NCBI RefSeq assembly: GCF_006345805.1
Contig: NC_043024.1
Span: 15,624,001-15,688,000, forward strand
Direction of reading: 5' to 3'
From: Octopus sinensis
Taxonomy: Eukaryota
Length of the DNA: 64,000 nucleotides
Positions 12,220-24,944 of this stretch are shown piece after piece. The position numbers and the translations under genes are program-made. Position 1 is the first letter of the stretch. The number at the start of each line of letters is the position of its first letter. Below the pieces are notes generated by a model that worked only from the letters and a program-made list of their open reading frames with translations, had not been told where the DNA came from and did no database searches.

Positions 12220-14570
12220 TATCTCCTGAATCCAAATATAACCTTCTTTTTGACCTATCAGATCTAGTTTTTAAGTTATTGAACATCCCTATGGTCACTA
12301 TGTATGTGTGTACGTCCAGTATGCAGTGTTCATTTATCTTAGTCTAATTCCAAGTTTTTTTCTTTTTCTATACTTTTTAGATGTTGTGGTGAATGAAGCA
12401 GTAGAAAACGAGCACGAGCTCCTCTTCAAGAAAGTGTTGAGTTAATTCTCCAAATGTGTTTTGTTATGTTTGTGGAGAATACACATTCCTTGAAAATCAA
12501 AAAACATCACTGATTTTGTCGAAAGAGTGTATATGGCATATTTTGGGGTCTAGCTGGGAGAACAAGATAAATATTGGGCACCACATAGTGTCTGCAAACA
12601 ATGTACAGAATATTTGCGACACAAGGTTAAAGGGACAAGGAAAAGTATAAGGTTTGCTGCACCAATGGTGTGGCAGAATCCCTATAATCACGTGGACAAC
12701 TGCTATTTTTGTAACCTAAATTTGAAGGGTATTAACTGGAAAAATCGACAAACACTTGTCTCTCCTAATTTTGCCTCTGCTATTAAACCAGCTCCTCACA
12801 ACAAAGATCTTCCTGTTCCTGTCTTCAATGTCTTGCCTCAAATAACTTCACCCTCAACCAAAGAAGATTCATCACCTGAAGATGACACAAGAGATCAAGA
12901 CTTTTCAGGTGAGACTTTACCTCAGCTATCCTCCCAGGTACAGCTGAATGATCCAGTTTGTGACTTGAAGCTCCCCAAAAATTCTGCAGAACTGTTGGCT
13001 TCCCAACTAAAAGAGAAGAATCTTCTAGAGAATGGTGACTGTATAAAGTCGGCATAAAGAGTTCCTTTCTTTCTTCACAAAAGAGGAAGAGCTGGTTTAC
13101 TGCAGAGATGTCAGTAGGCTTCTTAATAGACTTGACATTGAGGAATACAAACCAGAGGAATGGTGTCTTTTCATAGACAGCTCTTAGCGTGGTTTAAAAT
13201 GTGTATTGTTGCACAACGGAAATGTGTATGGTTCTGACCCACTCGGCCACTCAACAACTCTGAAGGAAAAATATGAAGAAATTAAGTTTGTTTGAGAGAA
13301 GATATTGTATCATGATCATAAATTGGTCATCTGTGTTGACTCAAAGATGATGAATTTTCTCATGGGGCAGCAATCTGGTTATACCAAATCCTCATGCTTT
13401 CTTTGCATGTGGGGCAGTAAAGACCAAGTAAACCACCATGTTAAGAAAGACTGGCTGCCTCAAATAAATATGGCTCCGTGTGGCGCTGCCAGTATATTGG
13501 AAGAAACTTTAGTTGAGCGAGATAAGATCATTTACCCCCTTTGCACATCAAACTCAGGTTGATGAGGAGTGCTTCAAGTATATCTGCAGTATATTTCCTG
13601 ACTTGATGATTGAAAAACTTAAAGCAGGAATTTTTGATGGACCACAGATCCATAAGCTCTTGAAGGGCACAAATTTCATGAAAATGATGAGTGAAAGCGA
13701 AGCACCAGTTTGGCTAGCCATTGCAGAAGTAGTGCTACTTATATGTTATCAGTAACACAAGCAACAACCGTACCAAGCCAGTTTGGCAAGAAAAGCGGCA
13801 AGCTGGTAGAAACGTTAACACACTGGGCGAAATGCCTAGCGGTATTTTGTCTGTCCTTATATGTTCTGAGTTCAAATTCCACTGAGGTTGACTTTGCCTT
13901 TCATACTTTCAGGGTCGATAAATTAAGTACCAGTTATGCACTGGGGTCGATGTAATTGACTTAATCCCTTTGTCTGTCCTTGTTTGTCCCCTCTATGTTT
14001 CCTTGGGAAATACAAAAGTGAAAACTATAAAGACCTTGTTACCAACTTGATATCAAATTTTCATGATATTGGTTCAAATATGAGCATCAAAATGCATTAT
14101 CTTTTTAGTCATCTTGATTGTTTTCCTGAAAATCTTGGAGATGTTAGCGATGAAGAAGGTGAACAATTCCATCAGAACATCAAGGAGATGGAAACTTGGC
14201 ATCAAAGACATTGGCACGCTGTGATGATGACAGACTATTGCTGGTGTTTAAAATGAGATACTCCTGTTGCTCAAAATTTATGGTGCACAAAGAAGTGTAA
14301 ATTTATTCCTTGAATTTTCTGCCAAAAATCTTTGCCAATGTGCATTTTCAATTTTGAATTTTTTTTTGTTTTGTGTTACCCTCTCTTTATTGATTCATAT
14401 CATATGCCTCTTGTATGAATAAAATACTTACTCTATCAGGTCTGGTCAGAAAACCAGACCTGATAGAGAAAAAATGAAGTTATTTTTAAATTTAGCAGGC
14501 AAAATCATTTAAGAATTTTTGAAATATTCCAGGCACCAGACAAATAGAAATTTTCTCGTTGACAGAGGAA
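12220..14570 (+). mobile_element. Decayed Chapaev-like (CMC superfamily) DNA transposon, interrupted by a SINE
   Basis: FCYVCGEY..IRFAAPMVWQNPYNHVDNCYFC..LNDPVCDLKL.K.SAELLASQLKEKNLL..LLHNGN..GQQSGYTK..CFLC..GIFDGPQI..SHLDCFPENLG.VSDEEGEQFHQ..MMTDYCW. Imperfect subterminal inverted repeats at ~12225-12270 and ~14449-14500. Superfamily name is from recalled motifs. Confidence 0.7.
13747..14000 (+). mobile_element. SINE family A with 5' extension, inserted in the transposase ORF
   Basis: Splits ..LAIAEVV / FLGKYKSENY.. Confidence 0.85.
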
Positions 14571-14599
14571 TATATATGAATGCATATATATGAATGGTT

Positions 14600-14765
14600 G
14601 AAGATGCATGGCTAAGTGGCTAGAGCACCAGGCTCACAATCACGAGGGAGGGAGTTCAATTCCTAGACTGGGCTGTGTTGTGTTCTTGAGCAAGACACTT
14701 TATTTCATGTTGCTCCTGTCCTCTCCTGTTCACTGTTCATTCATGACCAAAGGGGATCTTTACCC
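14600..14765 (+). mobile_element. SINE family C, 5' part
   Basis: tggctaagtgg A box; gttcaattcc B box; ttgtgttcttgagcaagacacttt. Confidence 0.75.
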
Positions 14766-15609
14766 TTTACCCCTTATTCTGTCAAATATAATGCTTATTT
14801 ATTAACATTTTTTATAATTAATCACGTATTATCTCATAGCTTAGGAATTAATATTAAAATGACATTGCAGGGTAAGTGTGAGATGCCTGATCTGGCCAGT
14901 TTGAACATAAAACAGGTAGAATATTTGGGCTGGATATGGCCAGTTTGAATGCTAAAGTGTTAAAGTCATTCCCAGGAAAGTGAGTTGATTGTGAAGAGTT
15001 TGACGGTATTGACCTATGAGGTCAATAAACAATAATATGAGACACTAATTTCAAACGAACAGAAATCAAATTCTTTATGGCATCCAATATGATGTCCACT
15101 AAAACCTTAGGAGTTTAATACAACAAAACAGTTCAATTTTTTAATACTTTAAAAGAAGATTAAAAAAATAATATCCTCATTGATGTAATTAGTAGATTTT
15201 GTTGAAATAATAAACAAGACATCATTTGCATTATAAGTAGCTATTGTGGTGGTGGTGGTGACAGTTGGGGTGATGGTGATGGTGGTGGTGTTGCAATTGC
15301 CTGTGTCAGTGTTGTCATTGTTGTTGTTGTTGTCGTTGACAATACATCATCATTTTCAATGTCGTCGTAATCATCATTATTATCAACATCATCATCATAA
15401 TAATCATTGTCTACATCATCAACATCATCCTCATCGTAATCATCATTATTGCTGTTTGTCATCATCGTCATCAGTCATCAATTTTATTTTCATTGTCACC
15501 ATTATCATCTTCATCCTTGTTAACATCCTCACCACCCTAACATCATCATTATCATCGCCATCGTTTTCATTCACATCATCATTATCATTATCCCCTTGAC
15601 GCCGGTAAA

Positions 15610-15840
15610 GGCGGCGAGCTGGCAGAATCATTAACATGCCGGGCGAAATGCATAGCCGTATTTCGTCTGCTGTTATGTTCTGAGTTCAAATTCCACCAAG
15701 GTCGACTTTGCCTTTCATCCTTTTGGGGTCGATAAATTAAGTACCAGTTATACACTGGGGTCGATGTAATCAACTTAATCCGTTTGTCTGTCCTTGTTTG
15801 TCTCCTCTGTGTTTAGCCCCTTGTGGGTAGAAAAGAAATA
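15610..15840 (+). mobile_element. SINE family A, full length
   Basis: ggcggcgagctggcagaa...gttcaaattcc...gtcgactttgcctttcatcc...aaagaaata. Confidence 0.9.
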
Positions 15841-16224
15841 GATATTACCTGAAGCATGCGAGACACTGCCCCGGTTTTTATTTTTTTATCTAATGAGGCC
15901 ACACAAGTGCCAATGAGCTCGCGTCTATTTACGTTCACTGTTACAATAACACAAGCATCGTACATTTACGTCTACCGGTTTATGAAAACGAACTATGTGA
16001 AGCTACTTATCATAATATGATATGCACAAGTTATTCTGCTCAGGTTAAAAAAATAGTTTGCATGTGGTACAACTCAAAACACAGTATTAAGCATGTAAAG
16101 TATCCGCATGTCATTGGTCTACTGCTAGTCTCATGACTTGAACGTAACCTAAAATAGCTAAGATATATATATATATATATATATATATTCATATATATAT
16201 TCATATTATCGGTGAGCCAGGCGA

Positions 16225-16592
16225 CGTGTCCAGCCCTAATGGCAACCACTCCGAGAGTGTAATGGAATCTTTTACATGCCACTGGCACGGGTGCCATTTG
16301 CACGACACCAGTATCTGCCATGACTGCGATTTTGCTTGTCTTGATACATCTTCCCCTCAAACACAACATAATGCCATATATATATATATATGGAGTTGTT
16401 GGCTACACTCATGGAGTGGTTGGCCTCTATACTCGTGGAGTGGTTGGCGTTAGGAAGGGCATCCAGCCGTAGAAACATTGCCAGATCAGACTGGGCCTGG
16501 TGCAACCTTCTGGCTTCCCAGACCCCAGTTGAACCGTCCAACCCATGCTAGCATGGAAAGCGGACGCTAAACGATGATGATGATGATGATGA

Positions 16593-16595
<3 letters not shown>
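16225..16595. mobile_element. RTE LINE 3' end with an inverted 5' segment
   Basis: 16225-16350 is a minus-strand UTR piece; 16390-16595 is a plus-strand piece ending gctaaacgatgatgat. Confidence 0.75.
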
Positions 16596-16637
<42 letters not shown>

Positions 16638-16660
16638 ATGTTACATTACTCGGTAGTTAA

Positions 16661-16720
16661 GATAAAACTCTGAGTTTCAGATGCGAAGTGGAAATCCACA
16701 ACACCATCTCTTCGGTTATC
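16661..16720 (-). ncRNA. Hammerhead-like motif (CCGAAGA core variant), left arm
   Basis: Mirror copy of 18274-18334. Confidence 0.4.
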
Positions 16721-18273
16721 TGGCTATTTGAAAACGTTATGAAAAAATACCGTTAAAAATGAAGGGAAATTACTCTGTATAACTCTGCTTTGCCTGTGTA
16801 CTTATACATCGCTCGCATTTTTCGTCATAAAAATTATATAAAAATACATAAAAATATATAAAATATATAAAATATATAAAATCTTCTTGGGACATTACAC
16901 AGAAAGCATGTTCTATCCGTTTTCTTTAGGGGACCAAAAACGTAACAGAAATTTAGTCACATGTGGGCATGATCCGAAAAGCTCTGTCCTTGTATTTAGA
17001 CATGTGGTAGGGTCTAAGCTGCTTTTCCAGATAAGCCATCTCTCCATGTCGCATAAACCGCACCTTCCGCTGCCGTTGGTATAGGGCTTACATCTGGCCA
17101 AAATCTTCCATTGTATGTTATAATCGACACCTTTATCTCTTAAAGACCAAATATGATTGGATAATTGTGTCGCTTTTCTTTTGTTCCAGTGCCTAAAGCT
17201 CAAAGTGTGGTTATTGAACCTGGCCTTGAAATTACCCTCTGTCAGGCCCACGTATTTCTTCGTCGAAACGGTGTTTTTAGTGGTATAGAGTTTACGGTAG
17301 CTTCATATATGATGGTCTGGGACATGCAAGCTCCATTTAGCGGGCACAATTCTTTATTCCTGCATGAACAGCTGTTTTCTTCTTGTGTTTTTTGTATGTT
17401 ATGATTGATTATGTTTTTAAATTGGTAGTTGAACTAAAACTAATTTTTAATTGTGTCTATTGAAGAGTTTCCTATAAGCATGGTTAACTGGAAAATTTCC
17501 AGTTAACCATGCTTATAGGAAACTCTTCAATAGACACAATTTAAAAATTAGTTTTAGTTCAACTACCAATTTTAAAAACATAATCAATCATAACATACAA
17601 AAAACACAAGAAGAAAACAGCTGTTCATGCAGGAATAAAGAATTGTGCCCGCTAAATGGAGCTTGCATGTCCAAGACCATCATATATGAAGCTACCGTAA
17701 ACTCTATAACCACTAAAAACACCGTTTCGACGAAGAAATACGTGGGCCTGACAGAGGGTAATTTCAAGGCCAGGTTCAATAACCACACTTTGAGCTTTAG
17801 GCACTGGAACAAAAGAAAAGCGACACAATTATCCAATCATATTTGGTCTTTAAGAGATAAAGGTGTCGATTATAACATACAATGGAAGATTTTGGCCAGA
17901 TGTAAGCCCTATACCAACGGCAGCGGAAGGTGCGGTTTATGCGACATGGAGAGATGGCTTATCTGAAAAGCAGCTTAGACCCTACCACATGTCTAAATAC
18001 AAGGACAGAGCTTTTCGGATCATGCCCACATGTGACTAAATTTCTGTACGTTTTTGGTCCCCTAAAGAAAACGGATAGAACATGCTTTCTGTGTAATGTC
18101 CCAAGAAGATTTTATATATTTTTATATATTTTTATATATTTTTATGTATTTTTATATAATTTTTATGACGAAAAATGCGAGCGATGTATAAGTACACAGG
18201 CAAAGCAGAGTTATAACAGAGTAATTTCCCTTCATTTTTAACGGTATTTTTTCATAACGTTTTCAAATAGCCA

Positions 18274-18334
18274 GATAACCGAAGAGATGGTGTTGTGGAT
18301 TTCCACTTCGGCATCTGAAACTCAGAGTTTTATC
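18274..18334 (+). ncRNA. Hammerhead-like motif (CCGAAGA core variant), right arm
   Basis: gataa-ccgaaga-gatg..catc-t-gaaa-ctcagag-tt-ttatc. Confidence 0.4.
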
Positions 18335-18431
18335 TTGACTACCGAGTAATGTAACATATTGTATAGATAAATTTCCTCTATTTACATAATATTGAGGTCT
18401 CTTTCTTTCTTTTGTTATCTTACCGTTTTAT

Positions 18432-18473
<42 letters not shown>

Positions 18474-18586
18474 ATATGTATATATACATACATAACCAGC
18501 AGAAATCACAAAGTAATGCCTGCTGATTAAATATATATATATACATAAGGGTACACACATACACACACATATACGTATATATGTAT

Positions 18587-18629
<43 letters not shown>

Positions 18630-18749
18630 TATATATATATGCATAGTTTTCTACTACAACAGGATAGGCACAACTTAAAACATTACAATATATAAGTATA
18701 TATGTAAATGGGTATGTATGTATGTATGTATGTATGTATGTATGTATGC

Positions 18750-18782
<33 letters not shown>

Positions 18783-18964
18783 TGTATGCATGTGTATGTA
18801 TGTATGTATGTATGTATGTATGTGTATGTATGCATGTATGTATGTATGTATGCATGTATGTATGCATACATGTATGTACGTATGTATATATGTAAATGTA
18901 TATGTATGTATGTATGTGTGTGTATGTATTTATGTTTGTGTGTGTGTGTGTATATATATGTATG

Positions 18965-18996
<32 letters not shown>

Positions 18997-19639
18997 CATG
19001 TGTATATATGTATGTATGTATGTGTTTGTATGTATTTATGTTTGTGTGTGTGTATATATATGTATGCATGTACATGTATGTATGTATGTATGTGTAAGTG
19101 GCTCGATAAGTTTCCATTACAGAATAATTAGTGTAAATATAAATGTAAGTACAAACACAACAACAACAGCAACAACAACCACAGCAGTAACAACAACTAA
19201 AACAATAACAACTACAACAACAACAGTCTGGATTTATGTTTATCCATCGTTAATCTTGGTAAATTCTTTTCAAGCTCTATCGTTAAGCTAAAATAACGAA
19301 GTAACGTTGTACCTTGATAAGTTAATTGTTAAAGGAAAAACTGATCGAGAATTTCTAATTAAGTCTTGCCAAATATAATCTTTGAGATAAAAACATCCAA
19401 TTAAGTATAGTAATAGCACTAACGAATATTGATGTAGTCTTTAATTGCTATAGTGTACGTGCATGTGTGTGCATATATACATATATATATATATACACAC
19501 ACATGCATATATATATGTATACATACATTTACATATATATGCATATATATATACACACACATATGTATATATACACATACATTTATATATATATATAAAT
19601 GAATACACACACACACACAAACACATGCACACACATACA

Positions 19640-19786
19640 TATATACTCTTTTATTTGTTTCAGTCATTTGACTGTGGCCATGCTGGAGCCCCGCCTTTAG
19701 TCGAGCAATGTTGGGGGATGGGAGACAAACAGAGAACACAAACATATACACACATATATATATATAAATTTATCTCCCTCATTATT

Positions 19787-19824
<38 letters not shown>

Positions 19825-19990
19825 CAACAGGCTTCTTTCAGTTTACGTCTACCAAATCCACTCTCAAGGCTTTGGTCAGCCCGAGGCTATAGTAGAAGAC
19901 ACTTGCTGAAGGTGCCACACAGTAGGGCTGAACCCAGAACCAAGTGGTTCTGGCAAGCTACTTGCCACACAGCCACTTCTGCACCTGCTA
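19640..19990 (-). mobile_element. SINE family B
   Basis: Reverse complement of 62659-63085, with an internal microsatellite. Confidence 0.85.
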
Positions 19991-20024
19991 TATTTATAAA
20001 CATATATTTATATATAGATATACA

Positions 20025-20057
<33 letters not shown>

Positions 20058-20179
20058 TTATATATATATATATTTGTGTGTATGTATATATATATATGTC
20101 ATTACACACTGTCATACATACACACACATACATTTTGAATAATACAAAAAATAATACTAAGTGTTATCCATCTCTGTGG

Positions 20180-20710
20180 AGACACGTGGCTTAGTGGTTA
20201 GGGTGTTGGACTCATGATTGTAAGATTGTGGTTTCAATTCCTGGACTGGTTGAAACGTTGTGTTCTTGAGCATAAATCTGCATTTCATGCTGCTCCAGTT
20301 CACTCAACTGGTATAAATGTATGTAATCCTATGATGGACCGGTCTCCTGTCCAGGGCGCAATACATACACCACAGAATTTGAAAAACCACATGGTTTTGG
20401 GTTCAATCCAACTGCATGGCACCTTGGGTGTCTACTACTGGAGCTCCAGGTTAACAAAAGCCTTGCCAATGCATATGGTAAGTGGAAACTAAAAAACGCC
20501 TGTTGTATATGTGTGTTGGGGGGATGTCTTTGTTTGTGTATGTCTTTGCCTTTCCCTTGGACACAACATCAATGGTGTGGAGAGGGAGGCTGGTATGCCT
20601 GGGCGACTGCTGGTCTTCCATAAACAACCTTGCCCGGACTTGTATCTGGGAGGGTAACTTTCTAGGTGCAATCCCATGGTCACTCATGATTGAAGGGGGT
20701 CTTCTCTATA
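20180..20710 (+). mobile_element. SINE family C (head 20180-20350, tail 20500-20710) with a family B fragment between
   Basis: Matches 21140-21480. Confidence 0.7.
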
Positions 20711-20729
20711 TAGATAAATATATAAAAGA

Positions 20730-20860
20730 ATACAAAAAATGGGACAAAAACGTAACAGGCAGTTAGATGATACAAAAAGGGACAAGAAAAAGCAAGGACG
20801 GGTCATTCGGAGTTCTTTCATCAGTTGAGTTCCAGATCATCTTTGCAGTTTTGGCTGGTT
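20730..20860. mobile_element. Dispersed pLTR-like repeat (family D)
   Basis: Homologous to 44330-44700, 45485-45560 and 6920-6970 (minus). Confidence 0.55.
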
Positions 20861-21139
20861 ATTCATATACACATACACATACATTGACACATACATAAAC
20901 ACATACAAATACACATGTATATATACATATGTACACATATACACACACATATATACATACACACATGTACATGCATACACATAATCATACATACATATAC
21001 ATATATACATGTACATACATACACATACATACACACACACAAACATGCACATATACACACACACATATACATACATACATAAATACATATTGCCCCTTGG
21101 CATTAAGAGCATATATACATCTACTTATCATGAATTTTG

Positions 21140-21480
21140 TGAAGGTGCATGACTCATAGTTAGAGCGCCGAGCTTACGATCGTGAAGTTGAGAGTTCTAT
21201 TCCCAGAGCGGGCTGTGTGTTGTGTTCTTGAGCAAAAAGTGTCTTTACTTCACGTTGCTCCAGTTCACTCAGCTGTAGAAATGAGTTGCGATGTCACAGG
21301 TGCCAAGCTGTATTGGCCCCTTTGACTTTCCCTTGGATAAAATCAGTGGTGTGGAGAGGGGAGGCTGGTATGCATGGGCAACTGCTGGTCTTCCATAAAA
21401 CAACCTTGCCTGGACTTGTGTCTGGAAGAGTAACTTTCTAGGAGCAATCCCATGGTCAGTCATGACCGAAGGGGATCTCA
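21140..21480 (+). mobile_element. SINE family C, near full length
   Basis: tRNA-like head plus a tail shared with 20500-20710. Confidence 0.8.
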
Positions 21481-21559
21481 GCAGGGGATCTGTATTTTTT
21501 CTTATATATATATTTGCAATTAGAATAAACAGGGACGACACACAGTTGATTCCATTGCT

Positions 21560-22385
21560 ACAGGATTATGGTTGATGTTGTTACCCCTTCTCATACATTT
21601 TGCTCATATGTTGGAATGGACAAGCTGAGCAAACTGTCCAAACCATCAAACATGCCTTATCTGCATGGAATCTTATTGACAAAACCATTGTCAAATTTTG
21701 TAATTTGTTTAACCCTTCATTTAGGGATAGCAGTAAACGTTATAACACAGGGCTAAGTATATTGGCTTGCTATCTTAAAGACAACAATAAGGATTTTAAG
21801 TTATATTGGTTCATCCTGTCCATCTCTTTCCCTTATGACAAGAGCAAAGGATTTTGTAACATTTGCAACTCTGAACTCTTCCAAATTCTCTTCTCTAAGA
21901 ATCACCTTGTTAACACACTTATAGAGCAATCTTATGAATGTAAGCACTGGTAGAAATATACCTTTAGCTCATATAAGTGATTTATACCAGTCTTTATAGT
22001 TTGAACATTTAGCTCATCTTGCACTTTAGAAATCTACTTCCAAGCCTTTGAACATTTTTTCAACCAACGTATCCCTCTTTATTTGTTCTCTACTTATTAT
22101 TTCTTTCCCCCTTCTCTTCCTAGGGTCTGCCTTTGACGTTGAATCTACTAACGTTTTTTTAAAATACTTAATAGAGTTCTGTTTATCATTTATGCTGTCA
22201 TCAAAATTGTTATAATGTCTTGTTGTTGAGATAGGTTCTCTTTCTTTCCTGATGAGAAGATTATACTATTTTACACCGTTTATTCTTTTGGAATAAAACC
22301 AATGTTGTCTTCGAAACATATGTCGAAAGTAAAAGAATTTGAATAACATCTGCATTCAACTCCATTTATTTACTTATATATATAA
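21560..22385 (+). mobile_element. Penelope-like element 3' remnant (GIY-YIG C-terminus plus pLTR)
   Basis: SFRDSSKRYNTGLS..LKDNNKDFKLYW.IL..CNICNSELFQIL..YECKHW; homologous to the 54778-55179 ORF. Confidence 0.8.
22244..22329 (+). ncRNA. Canonical type I hammerhead ribozyme motif
   Basis: ctttc-ctgatga-gaaga(loop)tcttc-gaaa-catatg-tc-gaaag; GUC site at 22322-22324. Confidence 0.8.
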
Positions 22386-22499
22386 ATTGAGAGAGAGAGA
22401 TAAAGAGATATAAGCCTGTCATATATATGTTGTATATATATATATATCCACACATGTGCCTCTATGTGTGTGTGTGTGTGTGCGTGTGTATGTGTAGAT

Positions 22500-22700
22500 A
22501 TGCATAAATATCGTCAGCCACTAATGGGCATGGTCAACTGGTTAAGGTCAAATAGCTGACAAGCAAGTCTGTGGTATTGAGCAGAATATTTGCTGCAGTC
22601 TATCTTTTATACCAAGACAAAACAATGTACATAATAACACTTCCAATCAGTTAAGATCAGAAGCCACGAGAGCCACTGCCTATTACTGCACCAGGGCAAC
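22500..22700 (-). mobile_element. 5' fragment of the 550-bp AAT-associated element
   Basis: Reverse complement of 471-660; abuts (TAT)n at 22700-22960. Confidence 0.75.
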
Positions 22701-22776
<76 letters not shown>

Positions 22777-22802
22777 TACTATTATTATTTTTGTTGTTGT
22801 TG

Positions 22803-22836
<34 letters not shown>

Positions 22837-22965
22837 CATTATTATTATTATTATATTATTATTATTATATTATTATTATTATTATTATCATTATTATTAT
22901 TATTATATTATTATTATTATTATTATTATTATATTATTATTATTATTATTATTATTATTCTGTAG

Positions 22966-23265
22966 CAATCCAGAAATGTGGAAACAGCAGACATGATCAT
23001 GTAATATTTCACAAAAAAAAAGCACCACAAATTTCTTATCAAACTGGAGAGGAAATTGCAATGCCAAAAAAAAAAAAAGAGAAAAGCCCCAAAGAATCAG
23101 CTATTTCCCCAAGTTAATGAGAATCTGGTTAGATGTAATATCAGATGTAGTGAAAATAGTGACCTTGACATGAAATGGGAAGAATGCTTAAAGCAGGTTG
23201 ATCAACTGGTAATGAATGTCCAGCAGTCTTCCTTCAGCTTTGACGATATCCTACAAAAGAAATAG
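22966..23265 (+). CDS. Candidate terminal exon, split by an A13 run
   Basis: ttctgtag acceptor; IQKCGNSRHDHVIF..EEIAMPKKK then RKAPKNQLFPQ..KWEECLKQVDQLVMNVQQSSFSFDDILQKK stop; the frames join if the A run at 23066-23078 is one base shorter. Confidence 0.35.
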
Positions 23266-24004
23266 CCGATTGATTATTTTAGTGTTTTCAATCAAATATT
23301 TGTTCAATATAAGTTTATTCAGTGAATACAGAAACCAATCAATGAAAAGGCAAGCTGTGTGAATCTGGGAAAAATGGATTTATTCAGTGCAGAAGATAAA
23401 AATGTTTGTTGTAGAGTGTTTAACTCTTTTCATACTAACCAGTCCGAGACCACTCATTGGTTCCGTGATACAAGCATCATCATGGAAGGGATGGAAATTG
23501 AAATCAAAAGCTCCCATCAAAACATTATTTTAATTGCAACAACAACACATTGTAAACAAATTTTCTTTTGGTTTTGGAAGTGTTGAATGTGTTTCATATT
23601 AAACAGACAAGAAAGTAACATTTCAAATGCAGTATAGCCATGAAAACAGCGGAAAGATTGGGTGTTACTACTCTTGTAAGACAGAAAAAGTTGTCAGTAG
23701 ACAGTCACAGGACTTGAATCTGCACCCTTCAGATATCAGCTGAGTACTTTACTATTTAGCTAAACAAACCATTTAATTCAATGGAGATTGTTGTCAGTGA
23801 GCAGGACAATGATCTCCATCAAATTAAACGCAATATATAGCATCTTTGGAATGCAACAATGACACATTGCAAACAAACTTTCATTGTTTTGGAAGCATTG
23901 AATGTGTTTTGTTTCAAGGACAAGAAAATAATATGAAGGGAAGTCAAAAATTATCTGCGCTTTTGTCATAACATATCTTTATTATTGTCGCACTGCCTTC
24001 TACA

Positions 24005-24237
24005 CATGCGAGCTGGCAGAAGCGTTAGCATGCCGGGCAAAATGCTTAGCCATATTTCATCTGCCGTTACGTTCTGAGTTCAAATTCCGCCTAGGTCGAC
24101 TTTGCCTTTCATCCTTTTGGGGTCGATTAAATAAGTACCAGTTACACACTGGGGTCAATATAATCGACTCAATCCGTTTGTCTGTCCTTGTTTGTCCCCT
24201 CTGTGTGTCGCTCCTTGTGGGCAGTAAAGAAATAGGT
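24005..24237 (+). mobile_element. SINE family A
   Basis: Matches 15610-15840. Confidence 0.9.
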
Positions 24238-24419
24238 ACTATTGTGGTCATGTGATCGAAGTTTGGGTCTCATTGCACCATTTTTCTTTCTGGCTTTACA
24301 ATGTAAGCATGACCACTCCACTAGCAATGTGCACTGAAGAAGATCAAAGAACAGTGATCTGAGAGATGGTAATGGTGAACCATGCTTGCTGAATCTTCTT
24401 GTCAATGCTGGAGGTTTCA

Positions 24420-24560
24420 CTGGTATTTAATTTATTGATCTTGAAAGAACGAAAGGCAAAGTCGACCCCAGCAGAAGTTGAACTCAGAACATTAAGACAG
24501 ACAAAATACCACTAAGCATTTTGTCGAGCATGCTAATGATTCTGTCAGCTTGCCACCTCA
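24420..24560 (-). mobile_element. SINE family A, 5' part
   Basis: Reverse-complement head and core. Confidence 0.75.
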
Positions 24561-24562
24561 AA

Positions 24563-24603
24563 AATAATAATAATAATAACAATAATAATAATAATAATAA
24601 TAA

Positions 24604-24646
<43 letters not shown>

Positions 24647-24673
24647 TGTAGTAGTAGTAGCAGTAGCAGCAGA

Positions 24674-24724
<51 letters not shown>

Positions 24725-24754
24725 TGTAGTAGTAGTAGTAGTAGTAGCAGCAGA

Positions 24755-24789
<35 letters not shown>

Positions 24790-24905
24790 AAGTAGTAGTA
24801 GTAGTAGTTGTAGTTGTAGTAGTAGTAGTAGTAGTAGTAGTAGCAGCAGCAGAAGCAGCAGCAGTAGTAGTAGTAGAAGTAGTAGTAGTAGTAGTAGTAA
24901 TGATA
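24563..24905. repeat. Compound (AAT)/(TAG)/(CAG) microsatellite with a ~85-bp higher-order unit
   Basis: Pattern (tag)n ttg (tag)n (cag)n aag (cag)n occurs three times. Confidence 0.9.
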
Positions 24906-24944
24906 ATCCTACATAAAGCCTTTTCATTGCGGTGAAAATAAAAT

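Larger units (their letters stand above)
16631..18364. mobile_element. Head-to-head fold-back of a 5'-truncated Penelope-like element (Zn-finger linker, GIY-YIG, pLTR); ~1.73 kb palindrome
   Basis: Axis at 17495; the right arm reads FPVNHAYRKLFNRH..CSCRNKELCPLNGAC..IIYEATV..KYVGLTEGNFKARFNNH..CGLCDMER.. Confidence 0.9.

Noticed and set aside
14600-14680. tRNA gene-like sequences (also 20185, 21150, 62659)
   Set aside because: They have A/B boxes but no complete cloverleaf and continue into SINE bodies
20790-20840. Hammerhead-like ctgatga/ctgagga on the minus strand of family D (also 44420-44460)
   Set aside because: Followed by GAAU with no proper A15.1-U16.1 pair and a weak stem II; too atypical to call
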